Virus record (IMG/VR): IMGVR_UViG_3300042507_004106
Strand: one strand, 5' to 3'
DNA length: 64,000 nt
Source of the DNA: a virus
Lineage: Duplodnaviria > Caudoviricetes
Part shown: positions 17,992-28,448 of the stretch, piece after piece
Numbering within the stretch: position 1 is the first letter of the stretch
How the letters are laid out: every line of letters begins with the position of its first letter
Position numbers and translations under genes: made by a program
The notes under the pieces: model-generated
The model's input: only the letters and a program-made list of their open reading frames with translations
What the model was told of the DNA's origin: nothing
The model's database searches: none

Positions 17992-18953
17992 AATACCTTT
18001 AAAAGACTTTGGGCTCGATTGACATAAGTATGATATTCTTTAATGTAGTTAACACTTTGCTTAATAAACTCATAATCATCCTTTCTTTCCATCGCGGCAT
18101 AAAATAACTCCGTTGGAGATTCTTTATATAAGCAATATTCGTCAAGTTCTTTATATGCCTCATAGCAGTTAGTCATTCCAAGATGACCATAACTCATATT
18201 TTTATATAATCTGCAAGAAATTCTTCCCCATTCTACATCAGCTTGGCATCTAATATCAAATCCTAGTAATGATTCCTTTGATAATCGAATGTAATCCTCT
18301 TCAGATAATTGATTGTTTGAAAAGTTATTTAAAATAAATTCAATACCATTTTTTCTACATTCATTTGCAAACTCTTCAATTAAATGAATATTGGAATATC
18401 TTCCATCATTTGATATTGAACCGAGAAAATAAACATTGTTACTTCTAGGATAATAAACATCATTTTCATCTATTTCATTTGGCATTAAATTTGTCGCCCA
18501 ACCAATATAAACTTTATCAAAATCATCAATTCTATAATTTACTCTACCATTTTTAAAATCAATGACTTGATTAGTAGATGGTTCATAATAACATCCCTTG
18601 TCCATTTTTGTTTTTTCCCTATCAAGTTCATAAACATAATTGGGATGATCAATCTTTTTGAGATTGTATCTCATATCAACAAACTTACGAACATTGCCAA
18701 CATATTTCGCTGGGTTATAAGCACAATGAACAAAATAAGTAGAAGTCTTATCTAAAGGAATTTCTGAATCATCATATCCCTCTGCAATAAAAATACAATT
18801 AGAAAAATCAAAATTTTCTATTTTTTCATTTGGAAACCAGTAAACATCATGACCCAAATACTTAAATGCATTATAAAAAGAATTCCAAACGTAACTGATT
18901 GTATTTTTCAAAACTCCATTTTCAGGATAAAAACCCCAGATAATAATTTTCAT
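17988..18953 (-). CDS. putative GT-B glycosyltransferase
   Basis: YFLGSI, GRISCRLYKNMSYG, HTYVNRA resemble the CgeB/YkvP-like C-terminus; glycan-island context. Confidence 0.55.
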   Translation of the reverse strand: MKIIIWGFYPENGVLKNTISYVWNSFYNAFKYLGHDVYWFPNEKIENFDFSNCIFIAEGYDDSEIPLDKTSTYFVHCAYNPAKYVGNVRKFVDMRYNLKKIDHPNYVYELDREKTKMDKGCYYEPSTNQVIDFKNGRVNYRIDDFDKVYIGWATNLMPNEIDENDVYYPRSNNVYFLGSISNDGRYSNIHLIEEFANECRKNGIEFILNNFSNNQLSEEDYIRLSKESLLGFDIRCQADVEWGRISCRLYKNMSYGHLGMTNCYEAYKELDEYCLYKESPTELFYAAMERKDDYEFIKQSVNYIKEYHTYVNRAQSLLKVL

Positions 18954-19687
18954 CTTTTAATCTCCAAAAAATTTTTAGTATTTTTATAACTACAAATTGA
19001 TGTAGTGGTTATATTAAATTGATAATGTTGAATATTATATGGTTTTCCAACATTTTCTATAAGTTTATGCATATGTATAATTCCATCTTTATAATGTTCT
19101 TCCACATTTGCTAAGTCATAAAAGAAATTAACTTGACTAGTTGGAACAATAAAAAACCAATCAGCATAATGTCTATCCCAACCAGCTTCATATCCATCTT
19201 GACAAAGAATATGATCCGATTCTAACTGACTGAAATTTAATTCAGTACCAAAAATATTATCAGTTCTAATTCTTACAATAAACTCGTATTCATTAGGATC
19301 AACTAATTTAACACAATCCAAAATTCCTTGATACTGACATTTAGATCTATAAAATTGACTTCTACTTTTCTCAATTGTTTCAAAAACCATATCTGGTTCA
19401 GCAGATAATTTATTGTAAAATGAAGTGTCAAAATTATATGGTTGAATTACTTTTACATCTTTAAGATTTAATGGAGAATATAATTCAATGAATTCACTCA
19501 ATTCATTTTTTTCGTACTTGTCTGTAAATTCATGATGTATTAAAGTATTCTGCCAATCATCATTCCATTGAAAATTAGCATAAACATCATATTCACCCAA
19601 CCCATCTAAAAAATTTTTTTTAATACTATCCAAACACTCTCTCACGAATCTTGGATATCCCGAAAAACAAACTGCGAATTTTTTCAT
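18950..19687 (-). CDS. 'ALCLSGQPR' family copy 2
   Basis: FAVCFSGYPR, IVRIRTD, YADWFF. Confidence 0.6.
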   Translation of the reverse strand: MKKFAVCFSGYPRFVRECLDSIKKNFLDGLGEYDVYANFQWNDDWQNTLIHHEFTDKYEKNELSEFIELYSPLNLKDVKVIQPYNFDTSFYNKLSAEPDMVFETIEKSRSQFYRSKCQYQGILDCVKLVDPNEYEFIVRIRTDNIFGTELNFSQLESDHILCQDGYEAGWDRHYADWFFIVPTSQVNFFYDLANVEEHYKDGIIHMHKLIENVGKPYNIQHYQFNITTTSICSYKNTKNFLEIKR

Positions 19688-20604
19688 ATTTTAAACTCAC
19701 TATTCCACCACTCTTGAAACTGTTGCGGATTTAAGGGTATTCTCTCCTCAATATTTAATATAGTTTTATTTGACTTCATATATTCTACTATATTATTATC
19801 AATTAATGTTTTCCTACCTCCACGAATAATACCATCTTGACCTTTAATTTTTTCCATTCTGATAACTCTATCACCAAAAGTATATTTGGGAAATTCTGGA
19901 ATTATCTTTCCATCAAAAATATACTTATAAACTAACGCATTTAATACATCTTGATCTCCACAATAGTTTTTCGCATAAACGTCTCTATTATCATCTGGTG
20001 TTTTTTGAATTAATTTTTTATCTAAACACAAATTTAGATAATCTTGAATAAACTGCTTAGATGAATTAGTATTTCTAACTAAAATTCTAGCCGCATTTAT
20101 GAGTCTAGAATTAGAAGCTAAGCGGCATTCATTTTCATTAGATATAACTTGAGAAAGAGTATATTGTTTAACATGCTCTTTCACTAAAGTTGGATCTCTT
20201 TCTATCTGAACCCAAAAGTCAGATTGGTTTTCCTCCAATAGATTTTCACAAATAGAAGAAATGTTTTTCCAGTCTGTATCAAAGTAATGTGGATTCTTTT
20301 TAAAATTACCATCATGATATAAAACAAGACTTCCCTCTGGAACTTTTGTTAAAACATGTTGAATTAAAAATGGTTTAAAGTCAAAATATCCGATATGATT
20401 TGCATTTGGATTATTATCAAGAGGTTCTAGAAAAGAATTGCAAACTTCTTCACTACCAGGAATTTGTTTTAAAGTTCTTTTTGTAAAAATAAATACCTCT
20501 TCAAAAAAATCCGAAAGTTTCTCTTTAATTTTATTTCCAGTTTCTGTTAAATCGAAACCTCCATCATACGGGTATCCTTCAGTAATAAAAGTAATAAAAT
20601 ACAT
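19684..20604 (-). CDS. putative nucleotide-diphospho-sugar transferase
   Basis: DFKPFLI, LYHDG, GDQDVLN; context. Confidence 0.5.
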   Translation of the reverse strand: MYFITFITEGYPYDGGFDLTETGNKIKEKLSDFFEEVFIFTKRTLKQIPGSEEVCNSFLEPLDNNPNANHIGYFDFKPFLIQHVLTKVPEGSLVLYHDGNFKKNPHYFDTDWKNISSICENLLEENQSDFWVQIERDPTLVKEHVKQYTLSQVISNENECRLASNSRLINAARILVRNTNSSKQFIQDYLNLCLDKKLIQKTPDDNRDVYAKNYCGDQDVLNALVYKYIFDGKIIPEFPKYTFGDRVIRMEKIKGQDGIIRGGRKTLIDNNIVEYMKSNKTILNIEERIPLNPQQFQEWWNSEFKI

Positions 20605-21345
20605 TTAAAATCTTGGTAACGTTATATGAATTGGGTGTGGTTGAATATTAATATTAAAACAATCAATCATCTTTCTATGTAGCAACTCCGGACAAAATGC
20701 CATATCATTTTCTTTCAAACATTTATCCATAACAAGATCAAAAACAGGAAACAAACTCATAAAGGCATCCATAACCTTAGACCCACCAAAATCAAACCAG
20801 TCATTAATCATACCATCTGGTTGATTTGACAAACCAGAGAAATTAATGACATTTTGATCATAGTTTTCATAATTTATTTTAGTGTGTAAAATTGTGTCTG
20901 TTCTACATCTAACAACCCAGTCATATTTAAATCCATTTGCATATTCATGTACCTTTTTCAAGTTATTAACTTGATTCAATCCATAAAAGTAAGAAAGAGT
21001 ATTGTTAATAATTCTATTCCTAAACTCTATTCCAGGTTCACCCCAAGTCCAATATCTTTTGAAAGAAGTTTCAAAATGAATTTGATTATCAATAAATTTT
21101 TTACTAGGTTCAACAATATAAGAAACTGGTTTGTATATTTGTAATAAATCTTCAACAGCACTAGGTTTAAGTCTTTGACTAGACCAATTACCCTCATGCT
21201 TATAAGGATTATTCAAAAGTTCTTCATCAAACCATATATGAGCAAATACATCAACTTGATATCCCTGACAAACATTAGCAATAATATAAGGTGCAACCTC
21301 GTCAATAAATCTTGGTTGACCAGATAAACATAAAGCAATTCTCAT
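20605..21345 (-). CDS. 'ALCLSGQPR' family copy 3
   Basis: IALCLSGQPR, VVRCRTD, INDWFD. Confidence 0.6.
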   Translation of the reverse strand: MRIALCLSGQPRFIDEVAPYIIANVCQGYQVDVFAHIWFDEELLNNPYKHEGNWSSQRLKPSAVEDLLQIYKPVSYIVEPSKKFIDNQIHFETSFKRYWTWGEPGIEFRNRIINNTLSYFYGLNQVNNLKKVHEYANGFKYDWVVRCRTDTILHTKINYENYDQNVINFSGLSNQPDGMINDWFDFGGSKVMDAFMSLFPVFDLVMDKCLKENDMAFCPELLHRKMIDCFNINIQPHPIHITLPRF

Positions 21346-22334
21346 ATTACAATCTCCTTGGACACTTTTTTTACAAGACTTTCAATATTCAAATTAGGTT
21401 CCCATCCCAATAAATCTTTTGCTTTTTGATAAGATCCTTTAGAAGGTCTAGTAGTCTCTGTAGAAACCACTTCTTTATTCAATGGATAACTACCATCAAA
21501 CAATTGTGGGTATCTACTCCATAGTTCTTGTGGTGGTTTATATGATAATCCAATATGTTCGCAGCCCAAAGCTTCTGCAACCCACTGACCCATTTGATTT
21601 ATACTGATGACTTGTCCAGTGCAAACATTGAATGTATCATTTGGTTTTTTATCTAGACAGATATCGAGCATAGAAACAACATCATTTACCCATATAAAAT
21701 CTCTAGTTTGTGTTCCATCTCCACTCAATTGTGGAGAAACTCCTTTTTTAAATTCACGAACTAAGAAATTAATTAGAGGTGGATGGAGGCGAGTATGATC
21801 TCCATCTGGACCAAAAACATTAAAGAATCTTAATGTCGTAACTTTAAGATTATAATTTTCCCTATATGAATTTACCAAATCTTCAGCCATCTTTTTTGAT
21901 AGGCAATAGTAAAGAGTTGGATTAATTTCCAAATCTTCAGTAAAAATTTCGGCATTTGAATTTTCGTAAACAGCACTAGTGCTAGCAAAAATTACATGCG
22001 GAACATTATTTTTTCTTGCAAATTCCAAAACGTTACTTGTTCCACCAACATTAATAGATATAGTTTCGTATGGGTTTGTTTCACAGTCTGGAAGAGATGT
22101 AATAGCAGCCAAATGAATGATAGAATCGTATTTTCCTTCACACTTACTAAAAAACTCTGGTGAAGTAATATCTACTTCTACAAATGGGGCAATAAATTCA
22201 TTATTATTTAATAGATTACTTTTATGACCATTTCTTAAATTATCAACTAACAACAACTCATGATTTTTTTCTAAAAGTAACTTTGCTAGTCCAGATCCAA
22301 TTTGCCCTGCAGCGCCAGTAATTAATATTTTCAT
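21342..22334 (-). CDS. NAD-dependent sugar epimerase/dehydratase
   Basis: TGAAGQIG, YCLSK, RFFNVFG. Confidence 0.9.
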   Translation of the reverse strand: MKILITGAAGQIGSGLAKLLLEKNHELLLVDNLRNGHKSNLLNNNEFIAPFVEVDITSPEFFSKCEGKYDSIIHLAAITSLPDCETNPYETISINVGGTSNVLEFARKNNVPHVIFASTSAVYENSNAEIFTEDLEINPTLYYCLSKKMAEDLVNSYRENYNLKVTTLRFFNVFGPDGDHTRLHPPLINFLVREFKKGVSPQLSGDGTQTRDFIWVNDVVSMLDICLDKKPNDTFNVCTGQVISINQMGQWVAEALGCEHIGLSYKPPQELWSRYPQLFDGSYPLNKEVVSTETTRPSKGSYQKAKDLLGWEPNLNIESLVKKVSKEIVI

Positions 22335-23389
22335 TTAAAATACTCTCTCAGTTGGTTTGAATTTCTCGTAATGTTAATTGCAGAACAAGATGGATAAGGA
22401 TTACTTTTGGCAAAATCATTAATTAAAACTCTTTGACAATGTGGCAATCCCATTACCAAATGGTCGTATGGGATACCCTTATCTTTCATTTCCAAAATAG
22501 TAACGTCCTTAAGATATTCTGGTCTACTTGTAGTAAGAATGATTTTAACTTTCCCAGACTTATACATTTCTCTCAAAAAAGAAATATTTTCCTCAATGGG
22601 AATTCCTGACCCAACATAAGGTGGAAAATGAATTGAGGAATTAGTAACAAGTGTCCCATCAATATCGACAAATAAACATTTGTATTGACTTTTATATAGA
22701 TTCCAAGAATCTATAGTTCCCCAGTCTTTAAAGTTTTTTGTTTTTATACCATAAAAAAGAGACCCTGATAAAATCATATCAAAAATAATATGACTAATAT
22801 AACACTCCTCTTCAACATTTTTAAATTTCTCATACGTTTTACAAAACTCTACTGCTGATGAAAACCCATATCCACCAACAGAAAATGTAGAACTAATAAC
22901 CTTTTTCTCTACAATATTTGTAATAATATCATTAATATCAAATTCAATATAACTTTTAGTTCTAGCATTAATATTGTCCATATCATTTAAATCAAAAAAT
23001 GCAACTTGATTATTTTCATTCTCAAGGTTGCACTCATAATATCCATCAGAGTCTTTAATGAAAATAAAACCTTCGATATTACTTTGAACTAAAAAATTAT
23101 AAACTGTTTCTGACTGAGAACTTGTTTGGTTTTTTAAAAAAAAGATTTCTGACTTATTTTGCAAATTTAAAGATTCAAGTTCTGTTTGAAATCCATGAGA
23201 AAAAGAATATTGTTCTTCGTGCTCTTCTAGGCAAATAAAATATATTTTATCAAAAAAATCTAGGTTTAATCCAAGAATAGACTCCGTTGCCATAAAACGA
23301 TTTGACATGGGATGTGTTAACATCCATTTTGGTCTCATGTTTGGAAATCTACTCGATTTCCCTGCCATTGGTATAATCAAACTTCTCAT
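22331..23389 (-). CDS. nucleotidyltransferase-like + HAD phosphatase fusion
   Basis: IIPMAGKSSRF, DWGT, then VDIDGT, TSR, INDF. Confidence 0.75.
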   Translation of the reverse strand: MRSLIIPMAGKSSRFPNMRPKWMLTHPMSNRFMATESILGLNLDFFDKIYFICLEEHEEQYSFSHGFQTELESLNLQNKSEIFFLKNQTSSQSETVYNFLVQSNIEGFIFIKDSDGYYECNLENENNQVAFFDLNDMDNINARTKSYIEFDINDIITNIVEKKVISSTFSVGGYGFSSAVEFCKTYEKFKNVEEECYISHIIFDMILSGSLFYGIKTKNFKDWGTIDSWNLYKSQYKCLFVDIDGTLVTNSSIHFPPYVGSGIPIEENISFLREMYKSGKVKIILTTSRPEYLKDVTILEMKDKGIPYDHLVMGLPHCQRVLINDFAKSNPYPSCSAINITRNSNQLREYFK

Positions 23390-24185
23390 ATAATTTCGTA
23401 TTTTTTATTATTTTATTCAGTATACTTCTTTGGTGTTGATTAGTCAAGTATGGTTCTAATCTTAAAAGATTAATCGCGTCAATAATGTCAAAATTTATAT
23501 GATTGGTGTATTCACAATATCTGTTTTCAACTTTTTTCCAAATATAAGAATATATCTGATAAACTCTAGTAGATTTTTTATTTTCTATTGTAAGGCTCCA
23601 AAGATAAAATAAATCTTGCTTTAACTTTATTAAATCACATAAAAAACTATCAATATAGGAGTCTAAAAAGTCTATAAAAAATAGTCTTTTCTTATGAAAA
23701 ATAATATTATTAAAAGTCAAATCTCCGTGGCAAAAAGTTTTTGGAATAATAATTTTTTGATTATTTACATAATTTTCTAAATAAGACAAATAACTATTAT
23801 AATTTGTATTATCTTTTAATAAACTAATTTTTTTTAATATATTAGACTGAACATTAGCAGTTTTATGATTATCGATTAAACTATCAAAATACTCAAATAA
23901 GGTTTCTAAAACAAATTTAACATCTAAATTACTAGCAACTGAAAAATACTCATAAAAAGATTTTCCAGGTATATACTCCATATCAAAATAATGCAACTCC
24001 TCTTGTTTTGCATTTAAAATTTTTGGAGTATCAATATTTTTAAAAACTAAATTTGAAAAAAAATTTTGCTTATCAATTTGCAGATGCAACCTAGAATTAT
24101 AGGTTGCATCCGAAGAATATTTTCTAACGATTTTATTGTCTAAAAGTTCTATTTTACATCCAGACAATCCAGAAGAAAATTTCAT
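23349..24185 (-). CDS. APH/choline-kinase-like phosphotransferase
   Basis: GLSGCK, MEYIPG, CHGDLTFNN, IDFLD. Confidence 0.8.
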   Translation of the reverse strand: MKFSSGLSGCKIELLDNKIVRKYSSDATYNSRLHLQIDKQNFFSNLVFKNIDTPKILNAKQEELHYFDMEYIPGKSFYEYFSVASNLDVKFVLETLFEYFDSLIDNHKTANVQSNILKKISLLKDNTNYNSYLSYLENYVNNQKIIIPKTFCHGDLTFNNIIFHKKRLFFIDFLDSYIDSFLCDLIKLKQDLFYLWSLTIENKKSTRVYQIYSYIWKKVENRYCEYTNHINFDIIDAINLLRLEPYLTNQHQRSILNKIIKNTKLYEKFDYTNGREIE

Positions 24186-25120
24186 TACTTTGAAGAATCA
24201 TAGCGGGTGTTTTCTATAAACCACTGATAGGTTTTTTTCAATCCATCACATAAAGTATACTTTGGTTTCCATCCAAGTTTGGTGATTTTTGAATAATCCA
24301 ATGGACGATTTGGAGTTCCATTTGGACGAGAAGTATCCCATTCAATGTCTCCAGTATATCCCACTACATTCCCAACAATTTTTGCCAAATCCTTAATACT
24401 TACATTTTCTCCAGAACCAACATTAATAAGTTCTCCATTTTCAAAATGATCCATTGCAAATAGACATGCATCTGCAAGATCATCTGAATATAAAAATTCT
24501 CTCATTGGTGTTCCATCACCCCAAAACGTAACAGTCTTACCATTAGAGTTGCTAAACTTGGTCATCATTGCTGGAATAACATGACCATTATCGGGATGAA
24601 AGTTGTCACCAATACCGTAAAGATTGGACGGCATCAGTGATACACCTTTAAAACCATATTGCTTATTGTATGCTTGAAGCATTTTAATTCCAGAAATTTT
24701 TGCAACAGCATAAGCATCATTAGTTGGTTCAAGATATCCAGTAAGAAGAGATTCTTCTTTTACAGGAACTTCAGCATACTTAGGATAAATGCAAACCGAA
24801 CCAAGAAACAAAAACTTTTCTACCCCATATTTCCATGCGTAATGAATTAAGTTAGATTGAATTTGAATGTTCTGATATATAAACTCAGCGGAATAAGTAT
24901 CATTGGCATGAATGCCACCAACTCTTGCAGCGGCATCAAAAACATAATCAATTTGTTCAGTTTTAAAAAATTCTTCAACCTGCGATTGATTAATTAAATC
25001 AATTTCATTTCTAGTTTTAGTAACAATATTAGTGTAACCTCTATCTTGAAGAGTTCTAACAATAGCAGATCCAACAAGACCACGATGCCCAGCAACAAAA
25101 ATTTTAGAGTTTATGTTCAT
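24185..25120 (-). CDS. fcl: GDP-L-fucose synthase family epimerase/reductase
   Basis: AGHRGLVGSA, AAARVGGI, GSVCIYP, YAVAK, WGDGTPMREF. Confidence 0.93.
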   Translation of the reverse strand: MNINSKIFVAGHRGLVGSAIVRTLQDRGYTNIVTKTRNEIDLINQSQVEEFFKTEQIDYVFDAAARVGGIHANDTYSAEFIYQNIQIQSNLIHYAWKYGVEKFLFLGSVCIYPKYAEVPVKEESLLTGYLEPTNDAYAVAKISGIKMLQAYNKQYGFKGVSLMPSNLYGIGDNFHPDNGHVIPAMMTKFSNSNGKTVTFWGDGTPMREFLYSDDLADACLFAMDHFENGELINVGSGENVSIKDLAKIVGNVVGYTGDIEWDTSRPNGTPNRPLDYSKITKLGWKPKYTLCDGLKKTYQWFIENTRYDSSK

Positions 25121-26361
25121 GATACAGTAATTAATTCAGGATTTGGAAGTGGAAACAATAATTTTTTACCTTTAAACTTTTCATTATTAATAAAAAAGTT
25201 TCTAAAATGCCAAGGAAGAATTACAAAAACATCATAATCATTTAAAACTTCATCTTCATCCTTAATGGGGATCCAAGTTCCTGGAGTATAAGCTCCATGT
25301 TTATCAGGATTAACATCTCCAATAACTTCAATATCATTTAATTTCCAGGTCTGAAGAGTTACATTACCTTTTGTACTTGCACCAAGAGCAGCTACTTTTA
25401 AACCTTCTTTTTTAAGGTCGGAAATTATATCTAAAAATTTAATTCTACATTCATTAATCCTACTTTCAAATTCTCTCCAAGGTTTTAATGTATCTAATTC
25501 TAGATCAAGTTCTTCTTGAAGTAAAGCATTAAGTTTATCACTACATTCTTCATAAACACTATTTTTATTCGCCACAATAACTGAAATACTTCCACCATTC
25601 ACATCATTAAATTCAAAGTCAATTATTTTAAATTCAGATTGATCCATAATGTATTTCAGCTGCCTCATACCATAATATGAGAGATGCTCATGACATACTG
25701 TATCAAAAGAGTTAACTCTCAACATTTCTGGCATATAACTTTGCTCTAAAACCCAAATACCAGTATCCGGATTCAAAATATTATTAACTTCTCTTGCAAA
25801 CTGACATGGATCCTCAAGGTCATAGAACATTGAGAATGAGGTAACTAATTTTGCCTTCTCATCACCAAAATAATTTTTATATTTTTTTTCAGAGAAAAAA
25901 TCTGGAATATAATTTACATTAGATGCAAAGTATTTTGAGAACTTCTTTGATGTTGGATCGATACTTACCAATCTCAAATTTTTCGGAAAAAATCCAAGAA
26001 ATGTTCCATCATTTCCTGCAATATCGATAACAATATCATTGTCATCGAACGTCAAAAACTCACAAATTTTTTCACACTTTCTTTTTAAGTGTTTAACCAT
26101 ACTACCATTAAGACCAGAGCGATACCCATAATCATCTCCATACATTGTAGGTAGGTCAAAGGTGTGCTCTAATTGAACGTGCCCACATCCACCAACTGTT
26201 TCATCACATTTTATTAGTGTAAGAGGACCTTTATAGCACTCAATATCAATTTTTTTGGGGAAAAATCCAGAAAGATATTGATTTCCTAGATCCAAAACAA
26301 CATCAAATTTTTCATTACCACAAACTCTACATTTGTTAATTTGATTAATTTTATTGTCCAT
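25117..26361 (-). CDS. NDP-hexose C-methyltransferase (Zn- and SAM-dependent)
   Basis: CRVCG, DLG.Q, C...[40 protein letters not shown]; probable start MDNK. Confidence 0.88.
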   Translation of the reverse strand: MDNKINQINKCRVCGNEKFDVVLDLGNQYLSGFFPKKIDIECYKGPLTLIKCDETVGGCGHVQLEHTFDLPTMYGDDYGYRSGLNGSMVKHLKRKCEKICEFLTFDDNDIVIDIAGNDGTFLGFFPKNLRLVSIDPTSKKFSKYFASNVNYIPDFFSEKKYKNYFGDEKAKLVTSFSMFYDLEDPCQFAREVNNILNPDTGIWVLEQSYMPEMLRVNSFDTVCHEHLSYYGMRQLKYIMDQSEFKIIDFEFNDVNGGSISVIVANKNSVYEECSDKLNALLQEELDLELDTLKPWREFESRINECRIKFLDIISDLKKEGLKVAALGASTKGNVTLQTWKLNDIEVIGDVNPDKHGAYTPGTWIPIKDEDEVLNDYDVFVILPWHFRNFFINNEKFKGKKLLFPLPNPELITVS

Positions 26362-27352
26362 AAATGCACATGTCCTCAACTAATTGTTTAAATGAAATCT
26401 TAGGTTCCCAACCTAATTTTTCCTTTGCCTTAGTGGCATCACCTAATAAGGTCTCTACTTCAGCAGGTCGGAAATATTTAGGACTAACTTTTATGACCTC
26501 TCTTTTAGTAAGTATATCAATACCAACTTCATCAAGTCCTTCACCTTGCCAATCAATTTTCATTCCAAAATATGGTGCTGCTTCTTCTACAAACTCACGC
26601 ACAGAATGCTGAACTCCGGTAGAAATCACAAAATCATCAGGTTTGTCCTGCTGTAACATCAACCACATTGCTTCAACATAATCTTTAGCGTGTCCCCAAT
26701 CACGCTTTGCATTCAGATTGCCGAGATATAGTATATCTTGTTGGCCAACTGAAATGCGTGATAGTCCGCGAGTGATTTTTCTTGTGACAAAAGTTTCTCC
26801 TCTTCTAGGGGATTCGTGATTGAAAAGAATTCCAGAACTTGCATGTAGTCCATAAGATTCTCTGTAGTTTTTGACAATCCAGTATCCATAAACTTTTGCA
26901 ACTCCATAGGGTGAACGAGGATAAAATGGTGTGGTTTCTTTTTGAGGAATCTCCTGAACTTTACCAAACATTTCAGATGTAGATGCTTGATAGATTCTGG
27001 TCTTCTTTTCCATTCCCAATAAACGAACTGCTTCAAGGATACGAAGAGTTCCAAGACCATCAACCATACCAGTGTACTCAGGCATCTCAAAAGAAACTTT
27101 TACGTGACTTTGGGCACCTAGATTATATATTTCATCTGGTTGAACTTGCTGAATAACTCTAACAAGATTAGTAGAATCAGTTAGATCACCGTAATGAAGT
27201 TTAATTTGATCGTAAATATGATCAATACGATCAGTATTAATTAAAGAAGATCTTCGAATAATACCATGCACATTATACCCCTTTTCTAAAAGCAGTTCGG
27301 CAAGATAAGACCCATCTTGCCCTGTAATACCAGTTATTAAAGCAACCTTCAT
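26351..27352 (-). CDS. gmd: GDP-mannose 4,6-dehydratase
   Basis: [35 protein letters not shown]. Confidence 0.97.
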   Translation of the reverse strand: MKVALITGITGQDGSYLAELLLEKGYNVHGIIRRSSLINTDRIDHIYDQIKLHYGDLTDSTNLVRVIQQVQPDEIYNLGAQSHVKVSFEMPEYTGMVDGLGTLRILEAVRLLGMEKKTRIYQASTSEMFGKVQEIPQKETTPFYPRSPYGVAKVYGYWIVKNYRESYGLHASSGILFNHESPRRGETFVTRKITRGLSRISVGQQDILYLGNLNAKRDWGHAKDYVEAMWLMLQQDKPDDFVISTGVQHSVREFVEEAAPYFGMKIDWQGEGLDEVGIDILTKREVIKVSPKYFRPAEVETLLGDATKAKEKLGWEPKISFKQLVEDMCIYGQ

Positions 27353-27372
27353 AAGAGACTGAGTTTTTAATC

Positions 27373-27407
27373 ATTATAGCAAAAAAGGAGAGTTTATGCA
27401 ACTCTCC
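27373..27407 (-). promoter_or_regulatory. terminator hairpin overlapping the gmd promoter
   Basis: GGAGAGTT-GCATA-AACTCTCC-TTTTTT; TTGCAT-N17-TATAAT. Confidence 0.7.
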
Positions 27408-27421
27408 TTATAAGGTCTTTA

Positions 27422-27545
27422 CATGCACGCCAAGTTATTTTTTTTAACTAGGTAATAACTAAATCCTAGGCGGGGTAACCCCATCCGCACCACCAATCCT
27501 TTGAAGAGAGATTGGAAACTCAATGGGTCTTTTGACTCCACCACC
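27422..27545 (-). ncRNA. manA/wcaG-like structured RNA
   Basis: Repeated UGGYG; CCAAUC/GAUUGG, GGGG/CCCC, CUAGG/CCUAG stems; loop AGUUAUU pairs with downstream AAUAACU; which of the two families is unresolved. Confidence 0.65.
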
Positions 27546-27802
27546 TAATTTACAAACAAATTAGGAAAGGATAATTGGATTAGTTTTGGAACTTCAATCG
27601 CACCATAAAAAGCACATAATATAAGAATGTCCCAAAACTTATACTTGAGTGCAAAAGGAATTACAAAAAGATTTCCAATACACTTTACAAGTAATCCAGT
27701 TTTTGGATCTCCCCATAACAGAACAAAATATCCTGATAGAAGAAGAATATTACCAATGTATCTTAGAACATCAGTATTTTTGAAAAAGGGGGATTTCATC
27801 AC
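27545..27802 (-). CDS. small multi-pass membrane protein
   Basis: Three hydrophobic segments. Confidence 0.6.
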   Translation of the reverse strand: MMKSPFFKNTDVLRYIGNILLLSGYFVLLWGDPKTGLLVKCIGNLFVIPFALKYKFWDILILCAFYGAIEVPKLIQLSFPNLFVN

Positions 27803-27814
27803 CGACCAGGGTTT

Positions 27815-28081
27815 TTAGAGACTCTCCATGTCTTCATCATCGTCTTTCACATAAGCAGGGACTCTATCAGGATCTAACCAGCAGGTGTAGTCATGATCCT
27901 CCATAGCAGTCATAAGTTGCATTTCATTATCTAGAAGATACATGTCCCTATATCGACCAGTGTAGGAATCTACTTTTTGGATGCGATAGTCAGGTTTTCC
28001 ATTAATTTCAAGAATACCAACTTGAACGTATCGGTAAGGAAAACGCTCAAGAAGCACAGTGGGTTTCCTGATAACTTTCAT
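27815..28081 (-). CDS. hypothetical protein
   Basis: 88 aa, coupled to upstream ORF. Confidence 0.65.
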   Translation of the reverse strand: MKVIRKPTVLLERFPYRYVQVGILEINGKPDYRIQKVDSYTGRYRDMYLLDNEMQLMTAMEDHDYTCWLDPDRVPAYVKDDDEDMESL

Positions 28082-28296
28082 CAGGCGACCTCAACGGTTT
28101 CAAGATCTTGTGCGATATAATCAATCAACATTTCATAATCGTCAAGGGGGTCACCAGAAAATACGACACCTTCATTTTCATAAAAGCGACGAACCTTTTT
28201 ATAAAGTTTCGGATTCTTTACATCAAGGTAGATTTCCCCGTTAGCAGCAAGACGAAGAGTGCTAACATCTTTCTTGAATTTTGTAATCAGAGACAT
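28081..28296 (-). CDS. hypothetical protein
   Basis: 71 aa, downstream of the promoter at 28320-28348. Confidence 0.65.
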   Translation of the reverse strand: MSLITKFKKDVSTLRLAANGEIYLDVKNPKLYKKVRRFYENEGVVFSGDPLDDYEMLIDYIAQDLETVEVA

Positions 28297-28372
28297 TTGT
28301 TTGTTTTGTTTACTCAGATATTATAGAATGCTTGAGGTTTTAAGTCAAGTGGTCCAGATTGAAAACTGGACA

Positions 28373-28448
28373 TCGGGGTATTCAGATTTGAACTGAAATT
28401 ATTCCTGCTCCCAAAGCAGGTGCCATGACCAAGTTAGGCGATACCCCG
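28373..28448 (-). tRNA. tRNA-Pro(UGG)
   Basis: CGGGGTA/TACCCCG acceptor, CCTGC-TT-TGG-GA-GCAGG arm, GTTCAAAT T-loop. Confidence 0.9.
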
